Source: Patescibacteria group bacterium (lineage in GTDB: Bacteria > Patescibacteriota > Kazan-3B-28). From it: DNA of 64,000 nt. Below are positions 18,424 through 27,613 of the stretch, in pieces (positions within the stretch are counted from its first letter, which is position 1; each line of letters begins with the position of its first letter). The stretch is from assembly GCA_041649135.1 (NCBI GenBank), contig JBAZNQ010000001.1:361983-425982 (forward strand), read 5' to 3'. Under the pieces are notes generated by a model. The model worked only from the letters and a program-made list of their open reading frames with translations, was not told the DNA's origin and did not search any database. Both the position numbers and the translations under genes were made by a program.

Positions 18424-18903
18424 CTAAACCGCTTTCGGCTTCTTGTACTTGTAATCCCCAAACGCCAACAAAGGCATGAAGATAAATGACAAAAACACCA
18501 ACCCAACAGTAAACGCCACGTCTTGCCCAAACACTCTCGCCAATTCTCTGCACATCCAAATAGCAATGACGATATTCACAAACGGCACGAACAGCAAAAG
18601 CAACCACCACCACGGCTTACCGATCATCTCCAACGCAACATAAATATTGTAAAAGGGAATAATTGCCGCCCAGCCGGGTTTATTGGCTTTGGTAAAAATT
18701 ACCCAAGTCGACACCAACATCAACGCACCAATCGCCCAATTCCACCACATGTGTGTCGCCGCTTCAAATCCACCCAACCAACCGCTCATCCAACCACCGC
18801 CCCAACCCAATGCCGTTACTGCACCAGCAGTCGTATCCAAATCATCCAACTTCACATCTTTTAGTTGATTTAACAAATCACCGATCGTCTCCGCATTTTC
18901 CAT
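18424..18903 (-). CDS. Membrane protein, DUF5684-like
   Basis: WVIFTKANKPGWAAIIPFYNIY, GKPWWW, LAFGDYKY. Confidence 0.85.
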   Translation of the reverse strand: MENAETIGDLLNQLKDVKLDDLDTTAGAVTALGWGGGWMSGWLGGFEAATHMWWNWAIGALMLVSTWVIFTKANKPGWAAIIPFYNIYVALEMIGKPWWWLLLLFVPFVNIVIAIWMCRELARVFGQDVAFTVGLVFLSFIFMPLLAFGDYKYKKPKAV

Positions 18904-18978
18904 AAAAATTCTGTTTTAAAAATGATATCTTTCGTATTGTAATCCAGCGCCCCTCCTTCAAGCAAACCCCAGATTCTT

Positions 18979-19240
18979 TTCCCCCTTGAGTAAAGTTTGT
19001 CCTCGCCAAGCAAAATCCTGCCAGTCTAGCGCGAGCCCTGAACCCCGAGCCCCCGATAATATTGGTATCGGGGTGAATCGGCTCGAATATAAGCCAGACG
19101 ACCGAGATTTTGTTATGGCGACAAAACTTTATGAGCGGGGGTGAGTTTTTCTGTCAGTTTTTGCTCATTCAAAAACTGACCGCCCAGCGCACGGGAGCGT
19201 AGACCGCGCATAAAACAAAACAGCCGCCTTACGGCGGCTG
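18979..19240. repeat. Dispersed structured repeat family A, copy 2
   Basis: Direct repeat of 18146-18410. Confidence 0.9.
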
Positions 19241-19261
19241 CCTAAAAACATAGAGGATTAA

Positions 19262-19858
19262 TTATTTTACCACCAAAGTCCGATGTTCGATCACTTCATC
19301 AATCAATCCATATTCTTTCGCCTCCGGCGCTTCCATAAAGAAATCCCTGTCGGTATCTTTTTCGATTCTGTCAATTTTCTGTCCGCTATGATGTGCCAAT
19401 AATTCATTCAACTTGCTTTTCCACTTCAGAATTTCTTTAGCGTGAATTTCAATATCACTCGCCTGTCCTGATGCTCCACCTAAAACTTGATGAATCATCA
19501 CCCGAGAATTTGGCAAAGCAAATCTCTTTCCTTTTGCACCACCTGCGAGTAATACCGCTCCCATCGAAGCCGCCATCCCCACACAAATTGTACTGATGTC
19601 CGGTTTGATGTGTTGCATCGTGTCATAAATCGCCATTCCGTCAGAAACTGAACCACCGGGGCTATTGATATATAGCGCAATATCTTTCTTCGTGTCTTCG
19701 CTTTCCAAAAACAATAACTGGGCGATTACTGAATTCGCCAGCTCATCATCAATCGGGCCACCGATAAAAATAATCCGATCCTTTAGAAGCCGCGAGTAAA
19801 TATCATACGCTCGCTCGCCTAACGGACTCTTGTCTATCACCATCGGTATCAAACTCAT
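19262..19858 (-). CDS. clpP: ATP-dependent Clp protease proteolytic subunit
   Basis: [33 protein letters not shown]. Confidence 0.98.
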   Translation of the reverse strand: MSLIPMVIDKSPLGERAYDIYSRLLKDRIIFIGGPIDDELANSVIAQLLFLESEDTKKDIALYINSPGGSVSDGMAIYDTMQHIKPDISTICVGMAASMGAVLLAGGAKGKRFALPNSRVMIHQVLGGASGQASDIEIHAKEILKWKSKLNELLAHHSGQKIDRIEKDTDRDFFMEAPEAKEYGLIDEVIEHRTLVVK

Positions 19859-20268
19859 AGCTGTAAAAATTAACTCCTATACCCCACAAGTATAGCAGGT
19901 TAGCGGGTCGGCAGGTAAGCAAGTCAGCTCAACCCCCGCCCCCATTTGTCATTCCGGATTTAGTCCGGAATCCATTTTCCCCGTCATCCCGCCATACTCA
20001 AGTGATGGCGGGATCCATTTTCCCCTTGTCATTGCGAGAAGTCCCGAGCCAGTCGAGGGACGACACGGCAATCTATCCTTTATCACTCCAAGCGTAACTG
20101 AAGGATCTAGACGACAGTTGCATTTAATAACCACATTCTTGGCCAAATATTGAACGGCCGTTCAATATTCTGTCATATCCCAAATAAAAAAGCCGTCATC
20201 TCGCAGGACAACGGCTAACTTAGCGTGTCATATACGCCCCAATCTCGAGGTCACCATCTGCCAACGAA

Positions 20269-20811
20269 TCACTTCCAGCTGATGGTAAGAGAAGCACCAC
20301 CATGACTCTCTCCCGCACCAGAATGAGTAAAGTCAACCCGAAAACCTTTGCTGCGAAGAAATACGAGCATCATCTCAACCTCTTCTCTCGAATCTTCATT
20401 CACTGGGACACCCCGAAATTGGACATAGTGCTGTCCCCCTGCGGCAGCCCTTTCGATTCCGGGTCTCCAACTGTTCTCAAAGCAATATTCTAATCCCCCA
20501 GATACGCTTGCGATTCGTTCTCGCCTTACACGTTCAGCATCCCTCCCAAGCTCCTCTCTGGTCTTAGTGATGCCTCGTGCATCATCAGCATTGAAACCGG
20601 TCGATGATATCACGCCGCTGCCGGTGCAGTTATCCTCTGGCCAAAACATGCTTCGAAGAATGATAGCGATAACGGCAATAGCAGCAATACCACCAAGTAC
20701 GCCACCAACGACTCGTAATGGTACGGGAACATTATCGTCACCCATTACAGCGCCGGCTACAATCATTAGGGCAATCCCCAACAAGATGACAGCCAACTGG
20801 CGCATAGTCAC
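20269..20811 (-). CDS. Hypothetical 2-TM membrane protein inserted between tig and clpP
   Basis: ORF with strong SD AAAGGAGGTG, TTGACT promoter-like motif and terminator-like hairpin. Confidence 0.7.
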   Translation of the reverse strand: MTMRQLAVILLGIALMIVAGAVMGDDNVPVPLRVVGGVLGGIAAIAVIAIILRSMFWPEDNCTGSGVISSTGFNADDARGITKTREELGRDAERVRRERIASVSGGLEYCFENSWRPGIERAAAGGQHYVQFRGVPVNEDSREEVEMMLVFLRSKGFRVDFTHSGAGESHGGASLTISWK

Positions 20812-21199
20812 ACCTCCTTTGGTTTGTTAAGTTACCACTTTCGTTTTACGCCAAAACCCGCTCCCAGTCAATCAAAAACCCCGTCTGGGTAAATCTAGCC
20901 AATTTATCCAATTTATTCCCCGCCCGCCGACGGGCAGGCAATCTAACCAAAGAAATTGTTGAGATTGTCATGGACCCTTCGTAGCTTCAGCGAAGTAGGG
21001 GCGAAGATTGTTTAGATTGTCGCAGACCCTTTGTCTTGTCCACCATAGCTTCTTGACCGTCGTAGCCTTGGCATAGTCAATTGACCAGAATCGTATAATA
21101 AATAACCAGCCCGTCATCCTGAATTTATTTCAGGATCTAGACAAGAACAAAAACATTTCTGTTCCTGTCCCATTGGTTAGATTGGGGAAATTGGTGAGA

Positions 21200-21238
21200 T
21201 TACTTCGTCGCTAGTTCTGCTAATCTATTGATCGCCTT
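21200..21238 (-). pseudogene. Second displaced 3'-end fragment of tig (KAINRLAELATK*)
   Basis: Aligns to tig KAIDRLVEMVTQ* with the same stop position. Confidence 0.8.
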
Positions 21239-21300
21239 TTCGTAGCTCTGCCAGTAGCAGAGCGAAGACCACCCCGTAGCCTTGCTCGAAGGGTGGCGTT

Positions 21301-21375
21301 CTACCGCGTGGCTATTTCAGCAAGTTTGTCGATGGCTTTTCTCGAACCAAGCATCCGCTTCAACCGTTCTTTCCT
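21301..21375 (-). pseudogene. First displaced 3'-end fragment of tig (RKERLKRMLGSRKAIDKLAEIATR*)
   Basis: 16/22 aa identical to tig ERLQRMLGSRKAIDRLVEMVTQ*, same stop position. Confidence 0.92.
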
Positions 21376-21437
21376 CGCAGATTACTCGAAGAGTAATTGG
21401 AGATCCTTCCGAAGCCTTGGCGTAGGAGGACTACCTT

Positions 21438-22724
21438 TTACTGTGTCACCATCTCAACCAACCTATCAATAGCCTTACGCGAACCGAGCATACGTTGCAG
21501 TCGCTCACGACCATTACTATTTTTCCCATATTCCTTTTCAATATTTTCCCCATCCTGCGGATAGATTTCCTTCAACTTTTTCATTTCCGCTTCCACATCC
21601 TCCTCTGTTGCTTCGATCTTCTCCGCATCGCGAAACGCCTCCAACGCCAATCCGATCCGAACTCTCTGCTCGGCTTGTTCCCGCCATTGGCTCTTCAAAC
21701 CCGCTTCATTGACATTCGCTTTTTTCAAATAGTCCTCAAAACTCATACCGGAATGTTCCGCCTGATGTTTCAAATCATGCACCATACTGTCTAATTCCTG
21801 CTCTATCATTTCCTCCGGCAAATCGATCTTCGCGACCTTCACCAATTCCAATAGCGCATTCTCCCGCACACCCTCTTCCGCTTTCTTAGTCGCTTCCTCT
21901 TCCAAATATTTTTTAATATCCGCCTTCAACACTTCCAGATTTTCCTGCCCCGCATGCTTCTTGGCAAACTCATCATTGATTTCCGGATAATTCACCGCCT
22001 TCACCAAATTCATTTTCACCTTGAACATGGCTTTCTTACCCGCTAAATCTTTATTGTGATAATCGGCTGGGAAAGTTACTTCCACATCTTTCTCTTCGCC
22101 CTTCCCCAGTCCCACTAATCCTTCTTCAAATCCGGGAATAAAAACTTTATCTCCCAAAATCAACGGATGCTTCTTGGAAGCACCGCCTTCAAATGGCTTG
22201 CCGTCTACAAATCCATCAAAATCAATTTCCGCCCAATCACCCATCTGCGCGACCCGTTCCACTTCCTGAAACTCCACCGCTTTCTTTTGCAAACTTTTCA
22301 ACACCCCTTCCACCTGCTCATCCCCTACGCTCTCAACTCTCTTCTCTAGTTTTATCTTCGAATAATCTCCCAACACCACTTCTGGCAATACCGCCACCTC
22401 CGCCGTAAATTCCAGCGGCTCGTTTAAATTCCCTTTTTCCACAGAAATTTTCGGGAATGCGATCGGCCGCAAATTCTCCTGCCGAACGGCAGAAGGATAA
22501 AACTGCTCCACCGCCAGCTCGATCGCTTCGCTAATCACGCGGGCTTCGCCCGCTTTTGCGATCACCACATCCCTCGGCGCCTTCCCCTCCCTAAATCCGT
22601 CTATCTTAATCGTGGTAGAAACTTTTTCTGCCGCCTTATCCAAAACCCCCTGCCACTCCGTCATCTCCAGAGCAATGGCTAATTTAACATGATTCTTCTC
22701 CCCGTTAGATTTAGTGATTTTCAT
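21438..22724 (-). CDS. tig: Trigger factor
   Basis: IDGFREGKAP signature, FKBP domain IDFDGFVDGKPFEGG...FIPGFEE. Confidence 0.97.
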   Translation of the reverse strand: MKITKSNGEKNHVKLAIALEMTEWQGVLDKAAEKVSTTIKIDGFREGKAPRDVVIAKAGEARVISEAIELAVEQFYPSAVRQENLRPIAFPKISVEKGNLNEPLEFTAEVAVLPEVVLGDYSKIKLEKRVESVGDEQVEGVLKSLQKKAVEFQEVERVAQMGDWAEIDFDGFVDGKPFEGGASKKHPLILGDKVFIPGFEEGLVGLGKGEEKDVEVTFPADYHNKDLAGKKAMFKVKMNLVKAVNYPEINDEFAKKHAGQENLEVLKADIKKYLEEEATKKAEEGVRENALLELVKVAKIDLPEEMIEQELDSMVHDLKHQAEHSGMSFEDYLKKANVNEAGLKSQWREQAEQRVRIGLALEAFRDAEKIEATEEDVEAEMKKLKEIYPQDGENIEKEYGKNSNGRERLQRMLGSRKAIDRLVEMVTQ

Positions 22725-22794
22725 ACCCAGATATATTGAGCTGAAGCCTTTATAAAGTCAATTTTACAGTACCTAGTATGCCATAATAATAGAT

Positions 22795-24126
22795 ATGGAA
22801 CCTAATAGCTTATTTAATCCAGCCACCACCATGCCTGCGCTAGCGGGGAGAGAGATTAACATTGCTCCATTGGGCGCCACCAACATGGCTCGAGAATTCG
22901 ATGGATCATGGGATTTTCGTGGCGCCAAGACCAAATCTTATACGCATGGGCTCCATAGTTACCCCGCTATGTTTATTCCGCAGGTAGCACGACGGCTGGT
23001 TCAATCATACAGTCGACCGGGTGACAAAATTTGCGACATTTTTTGCGGCTCAGGTACTACCCTCGTTGAAAGTATTGTTTTGGGACGCGATGCAATCGGA
23101 ATAGACCTAAACCCGCTCGCCGTTTTTTTAGCAAAAGTAAAAACCACTCCAATTAATCCCTCCCTTCTCACAAAAGCATACTTTCATATCGTCGAAAAGT
23201 ATCATCAGCCCGACATTGTAGGCATTACAATACCAGAATTTCCTAATCTAAATTTCTGGTTTAACGAAACTACCATCGCACAACTGGCCAAGCTCAAATA
23301 TGTCATTCGCAAAACCACATCTGGAGATACAAGAGATTTCTTCATGGCAACTTTCAGTGAGGTAGTTCGTTTAGTATCAAACACCAAGAATGGTGAATTT
23401 AAGCTAGTGCGAATGTCGAGTGAAAAACTACGAGACTGGAATCCAAATGTCCTAAATATGTTCCGCAAGAAAGCCGAGAACAATATTGCGGGTATGTCAG
23501 ATTTTTTTCACGAAGTACCCAGTGATCACCGTGCCACAATCATCATCGGAGACTCTTCTCAAGACAATAAAATACCAAAAAACTCCATAGACTTGATACT
23601 CACCTCTCCGCCATATGGTGATAGCCGGACAACAGTGGCATACGGACAATTCTCAAGATTATCGTCACAGTGGATAGATTTATTCGAAGACCCCTCCGAG
23701 GCATCAAAAGTAGACAATCAACTGCTCGGTGGCAACAAGATTGGTGATTTATCACACAATCTACAATCCGTACACTTAATAGCCGCTTTAGAGACTATCG
23801 CACAACAAGACATCTCTCGAGCCAAAGAAGTATTGAGCTTTTTTATTGGGTTAAACCGATGCGTTGAACAAGCGCACTCCATCTTAAAACCCAACCGCCA
23901 CATGTGTGTTGTAATCGGAAATCGTCTAGTAAAACAAGTCCGCATACCCACAGACATCATTATTGCTGAACTTGGAAACGAAATCGGTTTTACATGCGAG
24001 ACCATTATGGCTCGCAATATCCCCGGAAAAAAGATGCCAATACGGAACTCTCCAACCAATATAGCGGGACAACTGGCAGATACCATGAATCAAGAAAGTA
24101 TCGTCGTTCTTCGTAAACTCAAATAA
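22795..24126 (+). CDS. N4-cytosine DNA methyltransferase (M.MvaI-like)
   Basis: HSYPAMFIPQ, DIFCGSGTT motif I, TSPPY motif IV; convergent with the endonuclease. Confidence 0.9.
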   Translation: MEPNSLFNPATTMPALAGREINIAPLGATNMAREFDGSWDFRGAKTKSYTHGLHSYPAMFIPQVARRLVQSYSRPGDKICDIFCGSGTTLVESIVLGRDAIGIDLNPLAVFLAKVKTTPINPSLLTKAYFHIVEKYHQPDIVGITIPEFPNLNFWFNETTIAQLAKLKYVIRKTTSGDTRDFFMATFSEVVRLVSNTKNGEFKLVRMSSEKLRDWNPNVLNMFRKKAENNIAGMSDFFHEVPSDHRATIIIGDSSQDNKIPKNSIDLILTSPPYGDSRTTVAYGQFSRLSSQWIDLFEDPSEASKVDNQLLGGNKIGDLSHNLQSVHLIAALETIAQQDISRAKEVLSFFIGLNRCVEQAHSILKPNRHMCVVIGNRLVKQVRIPTDIIIAELGNEIGFTCETIMARNIPGKKMPIRNSPTNIAGQLADTMNQESIVVLRKLK

Positions 24127-24805
24127 GTTTACGAAATGTGCTAAAAACTTCTTTGAAGTCCTTTAAAGGCAATCTAAACGCTGAGCCATGGTCATGAGGC
24201 CTGCCGTCAGGATACCTCCCCATCCTAATGTCGTATTTCATCTTTGCAATAAATCGGTCAAAGTTACCACCCTTACACAGATATGCCTCTTTGTAGGCAA
24301 ACTGTTCTTTGCCGTTATTGTCTTTCTTGGCTTCTGCCAACACTAAAATAACACCTCGACCTACCTTTTTGATAAAGCTATCTTCCAGTTTTGTCCTATC
24401 ATAAGAAACCACCAGTGACTTATGTTTAAACACAATTAGTTCACTATCTTTCTTGTTATCGACCAACCGATATCCTTGCTTATTGGCAACCCGCGTCACT
24501 GTTTGATGCAACACCTTTTTCCCATCTGTAGGACGAGGATACCCAAACTTATCCAATAATTTAGAATTCAAACCAGTATCCGGCTTACGAGTAAACAAAG
24601 TCACCATCGAACCGGTCTCGCGCCTTTGAGCCTTGAGCTCCATCACGCCAAAATCTGGCAGAGCAATATTGTTTTCCGTTATTCCAAGATAATCCTCAAT
24701 AGTCTTGCCGATCCCCGTATTGTGCAATCGGTTTGACTTTATCCAACCCTTGTTGGAAAGATCTTTTAGTTTTTTCTTTATCTGAACAAAAGTAAACTTT
24801 TTCAT
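24119..24805 (-). CDS. MvaI/BcnI-family type II restriction endonuclease
   Basis: TGIGKTIEDYLGITENNIALPDFGVMELKAQR, TLFT, HDHGSAFR. Confidence 0.9.
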   Translation of the reverse strand: MKKFTFVQIKKKLKDLSNKGWIKSNRLHNTGIGKTIEDYLGITENNIALPDFGVMELKAQRRETGSMVTLFTRKPDTGLNSKLLDKFGYPRPTDGKKVLHQTVTRVANKQGYRLVDNKKDSELIVFKHKSLVVSYDRTKLEDSFIKKVGRGVILVLAEAKKDNNGKEQFAYKEAYLCKGGNFDRFIAKMKYDIRMGRYPDGRPHDHGSAFRLPLKDFKEVFSTFRKLI

Positions 24806-25026
24806 AAATTCTCCATAAAAAAATTAATCGACTTTTTATACATACGCGAAAGTTTGTTGAGTTCGATAATATCCAGCCGTCTCTCTCCCGCCTCCACCTT
24901 CGACACAAACGACTGTGGCTTCCCTAATTTTTGAGCCACCTCTTTTTGCGTTAAACCGGCAGACAATCTTGCCTGCTTTAGTTTCTCCACTAACTTCTGA
25001 TATTCCCCCGAGTAAATTGATTTCAT
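24802..25026 (-). CDS. XRE-family HTH regulator, probable R-M controller protein
   Basis: GLTQKEVAQKLGKPQSFVSKVEAGERRLD; overlaps the endonuclease start by 4 nt. Confidence 0.88.
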   Translation of the reverse strand: MKSIYSGEYQKLVEKLKQARLSAGLTQKEVAQKLGKPQSFVSKVEAGERRLDIIELNKLSRMYKKSINFFMENL

Positions 25027-25052
25027 AAATGGGAGCTCAACGCCCCCATGCT

Positions 25053-25086
25053 ATATCCCAAAATCGAATATCCCAAAACAGGATAT
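25053..25086. promoter_or_regulatory. Candidate controller-protein operator
   Basis: ATATCCCAAAA repeated at 15-nt spacing, each copy forming an imperfect palindrome, just upstream of the HTH gene. Confidence 0.55.
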
Positions 25087-25090
25087 CTTT

Positions 25091-25834
25091 TTATCCCATA
25101 GTCTCAATATCCTCGTAAACTTTGGTCAATAGATCAGTATAATATGTCACTGCGCTCTTAATAGACGCTAGCTTCAAACGAAGACTAGTTGAAAGATCGC
25201 CTTTCATAAACGTTTTCTGAATATACTCAAAATCTTTTGGACTATAATGCTTGCCATCACCATGCACATAGCTGTTACGTCGCGAATACAACCAATCTGC
25301 ATACCCAATAATACTATTCGGTTGTTCTTTGCTACGCTGAGTCTTGGCAAATATCTTCCCGTCCGCACCCACTCTCGGTTGATTACTCACAGCCTTCCAA
25401 GCCAAACATTTATCTAAAATTTTACACAGTTTCACGGAATGTCTTTGGCGTAGCAGATTGCCACGGGTTAGATCTTTCATTTTATCCACTACTGTCTCGT
25501 AAGAACGGTCCTTCATAAAAATTATTTCGAAGACTTCTTTTTTAGAAATTGGCTCCTCATCCACCAGCCTCAAAATTTCTTCTCTCAAATTGGGATTATT
25601 GATTGACAACCAAAGCAATAACTTGTCCACCAGATAATCAAAACGATCGACCAAATTCACATAAACAAGCTTTTGAAGATGTTTACGGTTCGCTTCAGTC
25701 TTGATTTTGTTCAGCTCAGCAATTGCCGATTGAATATCATTATGGCAAAAATCCAAAAAAACCTCTATGTCATTTAGAGGCTCTATGGTAGCCAAGTTGC
25801 CTACATCAATTTTGTGAAGAGATTTTTCTGACAT
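25091..25834 (-). CDS. Hypothetical helical protein with HEPN-like Rx4H motif
   Basis: RRNSYVHGDG near the C-terminus; helical N-terminal YVNLVDRFDYLVDKLL. Confidence 0.6.
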   Translation of the reverse strand: MSEKSLHKIDVGNLATIEPLNDIEVFLDFCHNDIQSAIAELNKIKTEANRKHLQKLVYVNLVDRFDYLVDKLLLWLSINNPNLREEILRLVDEEPISKKEVFEIIFMKDRSYETVVDKMKDLTRGNLLRQRHSVKLCKILDKCLAWKAVSNQPRVGADGKIFAKTQRSKEQPNSIIGYADWLYSRRNSYVHGDGKHYSPKDFEYIQKTFMKGDLSTSLRLKLASIKSAVTYYTDLLTKVYEDIETMG

Positions 25835-25839
25835 ATCAA

Positions 25840-26034
25840 TCAGGATGAAACGTTTCTCCTAATAAACAGCGAATCAACAAATTTGTCCTTCTCTGAATCC
25901 GACATTGAAGGATCAAGAGACTCCTTTAGAATCCGACGCGCCTCATCAAGAGAGATAAGATCACTTGCCATAAGAGTATTGATAACATTCAGTATCAATT
26001 TGATAGGATCAAATGGTCCTAGTAATACATTCAT
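25840..26034 (-). CDS. Small hypothetical protein
   Basis: 64 aa, SD AGGAG, ends 5 nt before the HEPN-like gene. Confidence 0.6.
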   Translation of the reverse strand: MNVLLGPFDPIKLILNVINTLMASDLISLDEARRILKESLDPSMSDSEKDKFVDSLFIRRNVSS

Positions 26035-26229
26035 GGATGCACTCCTAACAGTAAATTATAATCACTTCCCTTTTGCCCAGATTATACCCCCGTCTCAACC
26101 TCCTGTATAATCGGCTCTCTTACCCCCATGTAATACACCAACGCCACCCTCACCCAAAGTGCTATAATGCCTGCGTCCAGATTGTAACTTTCCAGTCAGG
26201 CGCAGGCTAAACCAAAAGGAGTAAGACTT

Positions 26230-26583
26230 ATGTCCACAGGAATGAACGCCTCTGAACCGGTCACCGAAATCTTCGGAAAAACCAACATCGGTGGCTACGC
26301 CATCTGTCCAGCCGCTAATCTGGAAGATGGTCGGCACTTTGAGAAGCTCGCCATCCCCGAATGCGAGTTGGAACGACTAGCCGATAGGCTCCACCTTACT
26401 TCACAGGAGCTCCAAGAACTGCTGACCACCAAGGCTGGCGAGCTCACGCTCAAACAGCTCGTCGCTGTTCTGCATTTCATCCGCACCCTCTGGAGTTCAG
26501 ACGACGGCAAGGTCGTTAACTTCGAGCTCTCCGTCGGTCCTATCGACCCAGAGTTCCTCGGCAACTACGACCCGCCCCAGTAA
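26230..26583 (+). CDS. Hypothetical protein
   Basis: SD AAGGAG, TGCTATAAT promoter motif upstream, terminator AACCTCGG...CCGAGGTTTTT downstream. Confidence 0.65.
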   Translation: MSTGMNASEPVTEIFGKTNIGGYAICPAANLEDGRHFEKLAIPECELERLADRLHLTSQELQELLTTKAGELTLKQLVAVLHFIRTLWSSDDGKVVNFELSVGPIDPEFLGNYDPPQ

Positions 26584-26657
26584 TGCTCCGCATCCAAAAA
26601 CGAAACCTCGGTCCGCGCCAACCGAGGTTTTTATTTTTGTCCCATCGATCACCCTAC

Positions 26658-27212
26658 CTAAACCAATTCAAAATGAAAATATTCCCCCCTCGAACCCAAT
26701 TTAAATCCATGACTAGCCATTAGGTCAACAAGATATTTTTGCAATTCCCCGCAACGTCTTCCTTCTTCGTCTACGCTCTCATCATAAAAACCCATCAGCA
26801 AAGATTCCGGCCCATCATTTAATTTTCTTAAATAGATTTCTGAATTTGTCTTCTCGTCCCAAATGGCAACATCCACCGCTCTCCCCGTGCTATGCGGTAT
26901 TGTTTTTATATTTAAAAGCCGATCTGTCATTTCTTGACCGTATTTCTCCACTCTTTTTCGATAAACCAAATTATAAATTTCGGACGACCTATAGCCTTCT
27001 TTGATGTATAGCCGCCAACCCCTTTTCTGCAGCTCCTTATCTACCTCTAAAAGTGCTGGAATAATTGCCTCATCAACATAAATCTGGTCATCAATCATCC
27101 CCGCTTCTATGAGTTCCTCCTTGGTCAAATTGTAATCTGCATATCTGTTCCAATAAAAACTGCTCCCCAGCAGCCCATATGCGCGAATCGACACCAAATG
27201 AAGATCTTTCAT
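26658..27212 (-). CDS. D-Ala-D-Ala dipeptidase (VanX / M15 family)
   Basis: EGYRS, HSTGRAVDV, EYFHF. Confidence 0.85.
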   Translation of the reverse strand: MKDLHLVSIRAYGLLGSSFYWNRYADYNLTKEELIEAGMIDDQIYVDEAIIPALLEVDKELQKRGWRLYIKEGYRSSEIYNLVYRKRVEKYGQEMTDRLLNIKTIPHSTGRAVDVAIWDEKTNSEIYLRKLNDGPESLLMGFYDESVDEEGRRCGELQKYLVDLMASHGFKLGSRGEYFHFELV

Positions 27213-27317
27213 ATCCCCAGTATACCAACCCCCCGCCACTCACCTCTTCCCCAACCCAAAACCCCACTCCGAAAGTTAGCCATCTACCGAAGCATTTTCA
27301 ACTAAAAAACGGATTCG

Positions 27318-27473
27318 CTATTTTTTCTCAACCAAGAGATAGATAGACAGTACGCCGATCGCCGCCGCCAAGCCTATCATCACCCAAGCTAAGTTGGTCT
27401 CTCCGATATAAGCAATCTCATTAACGATAACTCCGACTGCAATAACGAGAGCCAGCCAAATTAAATACTTCAT
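27318..27473 (-). CDS. Small 2-TM protein (51 aa)
   Basis: Below the ORF-track cutoff; MKYLIWLALVIAVGVIVNEIAYIGETNLAWVMIGLAAAIGVLSIYLLVEKK. Confidence 0.55.
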   Translation of the reverse strand: MKYLIWLALVIAVGVIVNEIAYIGETNLAWVMIGLAAAIGVLSIYLLVEKK

Positions 27474-27613
27474 ACTTATATTTTATAGATAATTAATATC
27501 CTAGCCAAGTAGAAGCTTCTAAAAAATATCTTCCACTCCAAAATCAGCCCCACCTTTGATTTCCCATACCGAGGGTGTAGAATACTGGTAACTTTCGCTC
27601 AAGGAGGTGATTT

